Shown here in pieces: positions 25,443 through 36,800 of a stretch of 64,000 bases of DNA; the first letter of the stretch is position 1, and each line of letters begins with the position of its first letter. The notes below the pieces were generated by a model, which had not been told where the DNA came from, did not search any database, and was given only the letters and a program-made list of their open reading frames with translations. Origin of the DNA: Paecilomyces variotii (lineage: Eukaryota); assembly GCA_004022145.1 (NCBI GenBank), contig RCNU01000009.1; one strand, 5' to 3'. The translations under genes and the position numbers were made by a program.

Positions 25443-26490
25443 GGCTGCAACGTCTCAGGCAGATATATAATTAGCGGTAGGGAACAACGCAAGATCAATC
25501 CGTAACGGCGATTTGGGCGATCAGAAGCATGAGACACAATCTCAGCGCAGAAGCGATTGGTATATCCTGCATCTACCAGGACAGCACGGATAAAGAATGA
25601 AAGTCGATTGCGAGGAAACGAATGAAAGATAGTGCAATTGTGTAAGATACCGTCGATGAACGAAGGTGAGCAATTGCGGAGTGCAGCGTATAGGGTACGG
25701 ACTAGCCAACCATCCCTCTTATGGGAGCAGAAGATAAGGACTCTTAGGAGACACAAGACGGACAGAGAACAGGCAAATGAAAGCTAAAAGATTGGCGTAC
25801 GGACGAGAGTCCGACGTGAGCGACAAGATACCGCGTCCTGCCTTGAGTCGGTCTGGAGCCGTGCGACGGTTCCCCGTAGACCGTCTCAAAAGGAGGTCTC
25901 CAGAGACCCTCAAACAAGCGCCCCTTGCGCGCGGCTGTCGGAGACTTGCTGGCCCCCACGCCAAGGAACGCCAAGTCGATGCCAAGCACTTGCCAAGATC
26001 AAGGGCTCAGGGCAAGGGCAGATCTTAGGGCAGATCGGCGTCAGCTGACTGTGGAGATGGGGCGTGCCGTCATCGGCAACCTCCGATTCGGACGGATCAG
26101 TTTCCTCCGCGCTTCTCCTCCGCCTGCTTTTTTTCGTCTCCCCCGATCCGGCTATTCCCCGGGCTTCGATTTCTCATCATACAACTGACAACATCATCAC
26201 CTGTGTGTCCCCCATCAGGACTGCCAACGCTGTGCTGTTCGTCTGGGCGTTCGTGTCTCACGATCTGCGATCTATAAAGCGGGGTTGACGTATACGACAT
26301 TATTACTTCTCCGATTTCCCCTCCCGGCGCCGTCAAACTTTCGGCGCTGGGGGCAGGCAGCACTTCTTTTACACTACACCACCACGTTCTCTCTCCTCGC
26401 CACCTGCTCCGGTAGCTGTCACCATCTACATGCTACCGATCGTTTCTCAAACATCTACATCCAGAAGCTGTTCGTGCTCTCTGCGAGGGC

Positions 26491-28458
26491 ATGGCTCGTG
26501 CTGAGAGGGAAGCGCTTGCAAGATTGAGGATTGATACGGCATTCCCTCGCCGTCAAAAATCAGGGTATGCTCACAAGTCTGGGACAACAGTGAATGAGGA
26601 TGGAGTCGAAGACTTTAGCGAAATCGGCTTGGACCGTTCGGGGCGCAACGGTCATGGTGCTGATGATGAGAGTGAAGTACTGAATGAGCTGCATACCGAG
26701 ACGTCTCCAATCTCTGTCCCGCGGGCCGGTGATCATCCTTCAAGCGTCCATGGAGACATAAGTTACTCCCATAAGCCGGGGGATGTCCGTCCCTCGCCAA
26801 TCGAAACCTTCCTGCAAACCCGACGACCTTCCATCAGCTTTGATCCGCATGTGAGACTCGAATCGGGTGATCATCATGTGTTGCAGGAACCAATGGTTAA
26901 GCGCAATGAGGAAGGCAGGTCAACATCCAAGGCCCAGATGCGACCGTCTGGCCTGCGGACAGCGCAATATCAGCAAGATACACCTTCCATGAACGACAAG
27001 GAAGCGAGTCCGCATTTCAGCCCCAGAAGGCGGGAAAGACAGCGTCTTTTCCCTACCGGCAGTTCTCGTGTGAGTTCTCTGCAAAGTCCTGTCGAAGACA
27101 ACTTGGTCGGCTGCGAGCTGGATCGCCCTACGTCCCTCACTTCGATTTCCACCGCTTCCCCGCTCACGGAGGAGCTGCGGACTCCACCAGAAGGGCCTCG
27201 TGATATGCTTCTGTCGCCCTTTGCTGTCGCATCACCTGTGCAGCGGTCCACTTCGCTAGATGATCCTAGCCTATGGGCAGATAGCCTTCCGACGCCATTT
27301 AGCAACAAGCCAAGAAGTTACACATACGACCGCAATGGCAGCCTACGACAGTCGATGCGTCACTCTCGTCGCTCCACTGCCTCCAGCGGCAAGTCTCCGG
27401 CCAGCACATTTCTTTCGATGTGGAGCAGTCGTGAAGAACCAGCTCCTCAGCCAGATGATGAAGGCCAAATGGTCGGCACCGAGTACGTGCTTGGCAAGCA
27501 GATAGGATTCGGAGGTTTCAGTGTTGTTAAGGAGGCTTACAAGGTAGAGGAAAGTGGCGAGACTAGGCGGCTCGCTGTCAAAATTGTCCGAAAACAAGTG
27601 ACTGGCAAGAGTGAGCGTGAGAATGACCAGGTCCAAGCAGAATTTGACCATGAGGTCCGCATCTGGCGTTACCTCAACCATCCCAATGTCTTGACACTTG
27701 ATGCCGTGTACGAGACCGACTATGCCACCTTTTGTTTCACCAAGTTAGCTATCGGCGGGACTCTATTTGATGCGGTTCGTTCGAATCGCCAAGGTCTTGA
27801 CATGAAGCTCGCACAGAAGTATTGCTATCAACTGGCGTCTGCTATTCGATATCTGCACGAGGATGCCCGCATTGTGCACAGAGATATAAAGCTGGAAAAC
27901 TGTCTTTTAGATCCAGTTGTGTTGCCAGATGGAACTAAAACTTCCAATCTGGTGCTGTGCGATTTCGGGATGGCGGAGTGGATGAGCACTGATAACGGTG
28001 GCAGCTCCCCCGACCCATATGACAACGCTGCTGACCGTCCGCCCCCCAAGACCATTGGTCCGTCTGACACGAGTACGAGCATAGCAGGAAGCCTGGAATA
28101 TGCTTCTCCTGAACTTCTTTCGTCGACTGGAGGTCTCATCGACCCTGCCGTCGACGTATGGGCGTTTGGTGTTGTTGCCTACTCTGTTGTTGTGGGATCC
28201 AGGCCGTTCCAAGACCCTTTCTCGCCACGGGTCACCTCGAACATCCTCAACGGGAACTGGAACCGAGATGCTGTGCTGGCACGCGAAGCTCGCGGGCAGG
28301 GTTCTCGGGATTGTCGAGATGCCCTGGAGGTAATCAACGGATGCCTTGAAATGGACCTTCGGAAGCGATGGAACATCAGAGATGTTCTCGATTCTATGTG
28401 GTTGCGAGGTTGTTCCGACAGCGCCGGTAGCGTGGACGAAACGGTATGGAAGCTTTAA
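26491..28458 (+). CDS. Ser/Thr protein kinase with a long disordered N-terminus (CAMK-group, Nnk1-like)
   Basis: Intronless 655-aa ORF with IGFGGFSVV, AVKIV, HRDIKLEN, DFG, GSLEYASPE and DVWAFG. Confidence 0.92.
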   Translation: MARAEREALARLRIDTAFPRRQKSGYAHKSGTTVNEDGVEDFSEIGLDRSGRNGHGADDESEVLNELHTETSPISVPRAGDHPSSVHGDISYSHKPGDVRPSPIETFLQTRRPSISFDPHVRLESGDHHVLQEPMVKRNEEGRSTSKAQMRPSGLRTAQYQQDTPSMNDKEASPHFSPRRRERQRLFPTGSSRVSSLQSPVEDNLVGCELDRPTSLTSISTASPLTEELRTPPEGPRDMLLSPFAVASPVQRSTSLDDPSLWADSLPTPFSNKPRSYTYDRNGSLRQSMRHSRRSTASSGKSPASTFLSMWSSREEPAPQPDDEGQMVGTEYVLGKQIGFGGFSVVKEAYKVEESGETRRLAVKIVRKQVTGKSERENDQVQAEFDHEVRIWRYLNHPNVLTLDAVYETDYATFCFTKLAIGGTLFDAVRSNRQGLDMKLAQKYCYQLASAIRYLHEDARIVHRDIKLENCLLDPVVLPDGTKTSNLVLCDFGMAEWMSTDNGGSSPDPYDNAADRPPPKTIGPSDTSTSIAGSLEYASPELLSSTGGLIDPAVDVWAFGVVAYSVVVGSRPFQDPFSPRVTSNILNGNWNRDAVLAREARGQGSRDCRDALEVINGCLEMDLRKRWNIRDVLDSMWLRGCSDSAGSVDETVWKL

Positions 28459-29439
28459 GAGTAAACTGCCACCAGGAGTGATAGCTATGTCAAACTCTTT
28501 CTTGCTGTGTGGTATGTACTGGTATAAATGACGTTTCTCCTGAATTTTTTGTTATGAACGAATCGGACGGTGCACATTTTGGACTCAATATGATGATGAC
28601 TCTGGGTTTGGCAACGATCGTTTGGGGGCGCTCTGATAGCAAGGGAGCGCTACTTATTTGGCGTTTACGATCGATGATACCCATGTCTGTTGTCTCAAGA
28701 TTATGTTTTCTTTTACTCTGCTGAAGGGTTATATGCGATGACATCACGTGGATGAAGTGAGTTTTTTTTGTCTTTTTTTAAGCACTGGCGTTGGTCTGGT
28801 CCTGGATCACGATTCTCATTTCCGTCATTTGTGGTGGCATCATGTATTTATATCTATCTTTGCTTTTTCTTTTTCACTATCTCCCGCAACTATCTTCAGT
28901 ATTTATTCCGACTTCTCTCAATTTGTCAGCGATATGTGGATTATGATTATACTCATCTCTGACTTGATGAATCTCGAATCTTTCAACTCATTTTTATTCG
29001 ATTCAAAATATGGTGCCGATCCAAAGCTTCAATGAGGTTCTTATAGAAGCTACCTTGGGGAATAACCATCTTCTCATTCATAAAATCCTAGATAGTACGT
29101 TGTTTATTTGTTTTGTATGTTCATAAAGAAGATCTTTCAAGAAATGTTCATATTGCATGTTGTACACAGAGGTCTAATCCATTTGAATGTTTTCGCTCGA
29201 CATATTTCTTCTATACATACATACATACATATAACAGCATCCTCTCGGGTGAAGATAAAAAAGGTAGCCCGACGGGATGAAGATGAGGTGAAGTTAGAGG
29301 AGGGAAGGAGGGAGAGGTATGATATGGGCATTATCAAGCGAGGACCAATACAGGATTCGAATATATCAAACTCCAGCGACGTTGAGATGAAAAAAAAAAT
29401 CTGAAAAGAGAGAGAGAAAGAAATGGAGAATCAGAAAAA

Positions 29440-30434
29440 CTACCAGAGTCTGTTCTCGGGTAATTTCTTCTCTTTCTTAACACCCGCAGCAGATCTCCGA
29501 TCGGCAGGAGAGCGGAAGAACAACGACGGACCTTCCATCGGCTTGAGCAGATGGCTGAGGTATCCCCTATGGGCGGGATCACGATAATATTCGATATCCT
29601 TTCTGTTAGTCGGGTCTGGAAGACGGTACTTGAAGCCCATCTCCTTCATGATTTTCGACTCGCTGATCTCCTCGACGGTCTGGTTGAGCGCCTCGCTGCC
29701 GCTCTGGGCCGTCCACGCCAGAGAGACGAACGGGTGCGTCTCGCCTTTGATGATGCGCTGGATAGCGGCGCGGGTGTAGAAGCGAGTGGTGAGGGTGCCT
29801 CCTGCGGCCTCGACGGCGGCGATGGCGGACGCGGACGCGCGAGACACGACGATGTTGATGGGTTGTTTGAGCGAGCTGGCGCCGCTGGCGAGGAGCTTCA
29901 CGCCGTCTTTGGTCTGGTGGATGCAGCGCGATTGGGCCAGTTCGCGCACAGTGATGGGACGAGTCGGGTCGATACGGCCTTGGTCAATCCATTCTTGAAT
30001 ACGTTCGAGGTTCACGGGGGCGAGTTCGATAGAGAATCTGTTAATTAGAATCCATCCCCATCAGTACATGATCATTCATCATTATCATAACGCCCTCAAA
30101 GAAACACAACAAGAAACACATACATATTCTGAAACCCCCGTTCTCCATGGACGATAATCTCCGGCGTCTGACCACCATTGAATCCCGCAGGAACTTTTCC
30201 ATGCTGACCCTGACCTTTGTGACCGCGTCCGGACGTCTTTCCCTTACCCGAAGCAGGACCTCGACCTCGTCGAATCCGCTTATTATATGCCCCGGGGTTG
30301 TCGGAGAGCGATGCGAGAATGTGAGCGTTCCGACTCTGCTGCTGGAGCAGGAACGACAATGGCGATGCAGTTGTCGAAATCTGGATGCTGGAACTCTGCA
30401 GAGGCAGAGCCAGCGCGGGGAGTCGTGGAGGCAT
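29440..30434 (-). CDS. MRPL10: Mitochondrial large-subunit ribosomal protein uL15m, exons 30434-30124 and 30037-29440
   Basis: L15 signature RRGRGPASGKGKTSGRGHKGQGQ; intron 30123-30038; NLERIQEWIDQGRID...GVKLL...SASAIAAVEAAGG; YYRDPAHRGYL. Confidence 0.93.
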
Positions 30435-31320
30435 GATGGGGGTTTGGGGGGCCGGTTATGATGATCGCGGTCATGTCCTGTATTTCGGGATGAGGATCTT
30501 TTGATGTTCGGAACGGAACAACTGGTTCGGAGTGCACTCCGCAGTCCCGGGTCTTGGCGGCACAATTCGTCTATGTTTTCGATAGTTAATAAGCAACATT
30601 ATTGTGAGAATAGTTAACTACAATCTTTAGACGAATCTGTGATGCACATTAGTAACTTGTTCTAAAGTCCCCAGCTGGAAATTTCATTCCTCGGATTTCT
30701 CAGAATAATGGATCCTTTCGAAGCAGATGGACTACAACCTACTGGCAAACTACGGCGAAGATAGGAGTTGAGATCGAATCACTTGTTAATGCTGCATCTG
30801 TCTCACATGAGATCCACTAGATTTCCCGCATCACGGCTCACAATCAGAAAAGATGCAATGTATCATCATCCAGAGATGACGAATCTGAATACACACATAA
30901 TCCAGGGAGTAAGTGAACTCCTGGAAGTGGCATGATAGTAGAAAATAATAAACATGTTGCCATAACCACGGCCGTAGACTTCCTTAGGTCAGCTGACCAC
31001 TAACGCCCGAAAATGCAGACATCAACAGATGCAAGTGCCGCCGGGGAGCCCGAAGCTCTACCCGGATGAACATAGAAGCTCTGTGATCAAGAAATACAGG
31101 ACGCCGTAACAATGCAAAAGTTAAAAGGCATATGGTGGTGAAGAGGGAAGAAATCCGATAAGTATCGGAATAAGAAACCGTAATATCCGTCTATCTGGCA
31201 TAACTCCAGGGTGCAATGCTCATGATCTAGAATTCTGTACAGGGTGAAGTTAAAAAATCGAGGGTCGTAGAAGCTTCGTAATTAAATAAGAGGGATCAAG
31301 AACCACCTTGGGGTCTTGAT

Positions 31321-33393
31321 TCACGAATGGTAGTTGTGGCCAGCCAGGAAATTTGGCTGTGCGATCGGGCCCTGAGGCCATGCTTCGTGCTGAAGGTATG
31401 GCAGCACTCCCGTCTTCCGTTCAGATGGAGTCTTCCCAATCGGTTGATAACGCATCTGATCAAAAGACAGCGTGCGGGGGTGGTGCAGAGAGGCAGACGG
31501 CGGTGGAATAAGAAGAGTGTTGACAGCCCTCACCGGGCGGTACGGTGAGTTCCGGTTGGTCAGGAAGAAGGAGGGGGAAAGATGTGCCTGCGGAGTATGG
31601 ACGGAGTAGGCGGACAGAGCAGGGGAGACGGTCCCTGATGGCAACGTAAACGGACTCTGGCGCCTTCCAGGGTCGGGGAGAGAAATGGGTCCATTGTAGA
31701 TACTGCTTGGAGGTGCAACACTTGTTGGCGCAGGCAGCTGCTGGGCCCACGTTGTAGGGGGGTTGTAGACCGACGACATAGGGCGTCCACCTGGAAGGGG
31801 AAGCTGCGGGACCTGGGAAATCGGTAACTGAGCATTCGCGCCCATCGAAGCAGAAGTGAGAGGGATATCAGGCCGTGGCAGACGTGGGACAGAAGCTGAC
31901 ATAGACGGCACGGTCGTAGGCGGCATAGACGTCGGCATCAAGACGGGAGGAAGGGTCGTGGCTCCAGTGGGCATGGAGACTGGTGCCATGGAGACCGGTG
32001 CCAAGTTCGACATATGCGTCGGATAATTGTTCGACACAGCAATCTTCTTTGCTGGATGGCCTTCGAGTTGATCGTCCCAGTTTCGCTTCCGGCTTGCTGG
32101 CCGCGATTCTGTCTCGGGCACCTGCCTTGGAGGGGAGCGGCTGGGGTAGGGCAAACCGTTGAAGGATGGATTCCAGCTGGGCTGCACAGGGAAATGGCCT
32201 GTCACTGGAGGTGACGGCAATTTCGACGCGGGAGATGACGGAACGTTGCGTCCATTGGAGGTTGGCACGAGACTGGGAGAGAGTTGTAGTACAGGTGTCG
32301 TGGCAGTGAGTTCGTTCTCTGCGGGCATACGAGATGCCTTGTTGAAGTAGTCTGAGAACAGATCGAGTTTCACGTGCCACTGCGTCCATTCCTCTTTCGA
32401 CACGAAAAGGTTGTAACGAACGTTACTCAGAAACTCCACCTCCATAATATGGATTTCATCCACGGAGATTCCCGACACTTCTGCCCATGTTTTATTCGTG
32501 TATGTGTTGTCATCGAGAACTGCTAATAGTCAGGATATGATGTCCTTTGCCCCAAAAGTTCAAGGTTCACCCACATTTATTTCCCATCATTAAAGCAATG
32601 GTCATCAGTCTGAATTCACTGCCTTTCTTCCCTCTCACTCCCGGATTGAATTTCTTCAGTCGATATATGAACAACAAAGCCAGAAGGATGACATTCTGGC
32701 TGACTTGCGTGGTCGAGAGAATCGTCGTGACCCATTTCTGGAATCCGATCGTGGGAATAGCTTCCGGTACGAGAGAGTAGCTCACGGCCATACGGTCTTC
32801 GATAGCCTTTAGCTTCGTAGTTTTCTCGAACCAGAATAGACAGGTGATCTATAATAGTACAGTCAGGACATTGCAACCGCATCACCCATCATCCACTGTT
32901 TCATCCCTACCTGAGCGGCAAACTCCGCAAGGCTTCCCTTGCTATCATTGATCGACGAGGGGATTTGGAGATAAGAGGCTATCGACCCGTTCGAACCCTT
33001 CTTCTGCTCGGTGGTTTCTGACGCAGAGCCATTCTGGGAAGACGGAGCTTGGCTACGGACTTTGCTGGCAGGCACTCGGGTGGCGCCAGAGCGTGAATCC
33101 AAGTTCGACTGTGACATGGAGGATAGACTGGGGTATTTCGAGATCGGGAGTCCACACGATTTCCCTACATGATCCGACGAAGTGGCCGTTGTGTTATAGG
33201 CGACACCGGTCATATCGCCTGGAGGCGTAGGCAAACCGTCCCGCAAGGGAACAGGCCAGCTCATAGACCCTCCCGATGTGGTATCCAGCGGTTTGTTCGG
33301 CCACAGCGGTAGCCCTTGACGGTGGATGTTGTGTGTCAGTGGAGGAGTCGGATCGCGGATCGAGAAGTGAGGTTGCGGGAGAGTGGAAGGCAT
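31321..33393 (-). CDS. CLG1: Pho85-type (Pcl/Clg1-like) cyclin with a Pro-rich C-terminus, exons 33393-32911, 32848-32575, 32519-31321
   Basis: SLAEFAAQ/ITCLFWFE...FQKWVTTILSTTQVSQNVILLALLFIYRLK...SEFRLMTIALMMGNK/FLDDNTYTNKTWAEVSGISVDEIHIMEVEFL is a Pho80-family cyclin box. Confidence 0.85.
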
Positions 33394-33764
33394 AGGGACG
33401 GTGATAAAGTAGAATCAGTCCCTGGATAGAATCGATGTGAAGGAGGAGGTATTTCCAGAAGCCGGGTCATGGAAATTCTCATCAGCAGTCTCCGCAATCA
33501 ATTGATGGATTAAAAGGCCAGGCCTTGCTGCTTTCACAGGCGTCCCAAAAGGCGGGGAATCCGATGAGATGTAAGTCACAATGAGAATCTACAGATTCTG
33601 GACGTCCGGCGGTCCACTTTTTTGGAAAAGAACTCTGTGAATTGAGGAATAGTCTAGCCGCTTGAAAGGGAATCGGTAGCAACGCGCAGATCCGGTGAAT
33701 GCTTTTAAACCAGGCCTGGTTCCCATGGAATGAAGGCAATGAAGGGGGGAGGGTTTCTCGCGGG

Positions 33765-33862
33765 GAGAGAGAGACAGAGAGAGAGAGATGTGAGCTCAGG
33801 CCAAGGACAAGCTCACATATTAGGGAAGAGCAACACAAGTGAGAAAGAGAGAGAGAGAGAGA
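33765..33862. repeat. GA/CT-rich microsatellite tracts in the cyclin leader or promoter
   Basis: Two (GA)n runs, pyrimidine-rich on the coding strand, as is common near fungal transcription starts. Confidence 0.7.
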
Positions 33863-36800
33863 AAGGATACACTTCCAATCAGGAGTATATGATGATGATG
33901 ACGATGTTGATAAAGGGAATCAAAAAGAGAAAAGAAAGGAAAAAGACAGCGAGAAAGGGCAATAATGAAGGATGAGGTCAAGACATCATGCCTCATCCAG
34001 AAGATGCTCTGTATGGACAGGGTCGGTTAGTACTCGTCCGGAGTGGTGGTGCCTAGGCGCTGCCAAAGTTTGACCCGGAAGCAGGTCCATCGGTTGATCC
34101 TCCTTTCTGGACTTTGCTTTTTGGCCTGGTCCGTTTTGGACGTTTCCATTTCGATTGTCTCTGCTTTGTCTTGAAAAGAGTCAAAGACCGGTTGATGTCA
34201 GAGCCACCGGTGGATGCAGGCTATTACAAGGGCAGGTCAGCAGCCCTAGGGCGCGTCTGGGGGGGCGTCCGCCCTCCTGAGAGGCTAGCGGAGGACCCGT
34301 ATTGAAAAACCAATAATAACACTCATAAGACGGGTTTAGCGTCGCGTTGCAACCATCGCCGCTCGAATCTACTACTAGATACTACTACTAAGTTAACTGT
34401 TTGGTTTTTTTTTTTTTTTTTCCTTTTTGTCCCATGCTAAAAGGGCGCCGGGAAGGCGGGGAGGCGAAGGGAGGGGGTTTGTGCGTGTGGTGGATGATCA
34501 CCAGGGCGGAAGGGAAAGGAATGGAATTATGGGTACGGAGCAAGCATGGAATGATCGGGGATTGAGGATTATGGATTATGGATTATGGATCTTTGGGTGT
34601 CGTATCGTATTATTAGTTTAGTTATGGGGGAGGAGGGATGGATGGATGGATGGGTATGGGTATGAGATGGGTATGGGATGGGTAAACTAGACTTGTTTCT
34701 GTTACTTCTGTACTGTTCTTGCTTCCTCTGCCAGGGGACGGAACGCACCCGGATAGGTCAAGCGGCCAGCAGGAGACGGGATGAGCATCTCTGGGATACG
34801 AGACGGAGTCGACGACTTGCGTATGTAAGGACGAACCTTCAACACGCCGCACCCGGGAAAAGGAGGAGACGAGAGAAGCAAGCAAAAGCCAGCAAGCCAG
34901 CAAGAGCCAGAGCAAAGCAACAAGGGCCTGGAAGCAGCAGGAATCCACCCATCTCGACCAGAAGAAGAAGACCTAAAGCCTGTCCAACTTCCTTTTGCCG
35001 CGCAACTGCCACCCGAGGCACACCGAGCACACCGAAAGGAAGAGCCTGAGTGGAGTTTGATTGGCTGTTGGCAGTTCCTGTGGGGACGCAACGAGGACAT
35101 CATTGGTGCTGATGGGCGCAACCGCCTGCTTCGTCCACTCACATGCCGGTGACCGCGCTCGCCCCCCAGTCCAAGTCCCAAGAGCCCGAGAGCGCCCCGT
35201 CGCCAGTCCTGCTTCAACAGAGTACGGAGTACGGAGGAGAGTAGTAATTTAGTATGTAGTAGCAGCCATACCATGCCATCCTGTCCCATCATATTCCATG
35301 TCAATCGCCATGGCTGAGCTCTGCCAGACCAGGATGCGCGCGGCGATACCTCAGATCCATGGCATGGCGGGCATCCATGGTCCCCTCGCTACGCTGATGG
35401 GGCAGGGCGCTGGGCAGCTGATTTGTCGTGCGACCAAGAAACGAACAAAAATAAGAATAAAAAAAGAATAAAAATACCACAAGTAATGAAATAATAGTCT
35501 AGATACTACGACACTATTGCGAGAATGGGCCATCTCGCAGGATAGAGGACCGACTGGGTGCAGTAGTAGTCGGCGCTGGATCCTGGGATCCCACGCGAAA
35601 AGGGTTATATTGAATTTTGCCAAAGCGTGATGGACAAGAGACTCTTACACCATCGAGCAGCGGCGCTTCCCACTTACTGACTTACTTACTCATTCGTCCA
35701 TCCATCCATTCATTCATTGATTCATCCATGCCAGGGTCGTTCGACCGTGTTTTGACTTTGTGCCAGTCGGTCTTACGGTAGGCGGTCGGACGGGGGCAAC
35801 TGACTGGCTTTAGCAGGTCGTAGTCCTCTGGATCGTCCACCTCCAGCGCGTCTTGTTGCTGGCTAGCTGAGTGTCGGCCGTCCTTTGCTTCTCAGCCCCC
35901 ATCTCTCTTCGCCTCGCTTTGCATCATGATCCTTCCCCCTCGATCCTCTCTTGTGTCGGAATCGAATCAGGGGGTGCCAGCGCCCTTGTCTGGTTTGTCC
36001 GTCAGAGTCGAGCCTTTTTGCCGCTGCCTCCGCCGCCCTTCGTAATCATTTCTGTTTTTTCCGCCCAGTTCCCCAGTAATGTTGGCAAGACCTATCATCG
36101 CGCGACGAATGCTACAGCCTAGAAACCGCGCGGATAGTAGCAGCATGGTACTTGGATAAACTCCGGTTGAGTGGACAACCACCACTGGACCTGACTCGCA
36201 CATCGCATCACAAAACACTCTCACCGGCACGGAATACGGCGGGTCTCCCTGGAGTCTGGACAAGCAGAAAAATGCAGAAAAGAAAAAAAAAATTAGATGC
36301 TTGTGTCTGTGATCTCCCGATCACCCCGTTCGGTCATCTCCCCCGGGGGAGACGGGGGACGGGGCTTGTCGGACTCCGCGGAAGAAGACTGGCAAGTTGC
36401 CCAAAAAGTACACTCCAGCGGCCCAGATGGAAGATGCAGCATGTCGGGGATACTCGAGAACTCTATCTAGAGAGGAAAGGCAACAACGTGAAGCGGTTGA
36501 GCCAACCAGCGCGTGCGGGTCCCGGCAGGATGTGAGGGTGCAACAGGCCGTTTCTACTACTATCATCGATCCGGCCTGTTTAGCAGGTATCTAGTTGATG
36601 GTATGAACATCTTCAACGCATCATCCGTCTGCATCGAAACCGCTGTATTATTATGTATTATTCTGATAGTCCAGGAAGCGCATTCCTACTGCGCAGATCC
36701 GAACGGGAGCCGACAGGATTACCATAGGACAGGATAGGACAGTCTATGGTCACACTGGCCTTCTGATTGGGGGCCAGGGTTCCAGAATCCAGTCAGTCCC

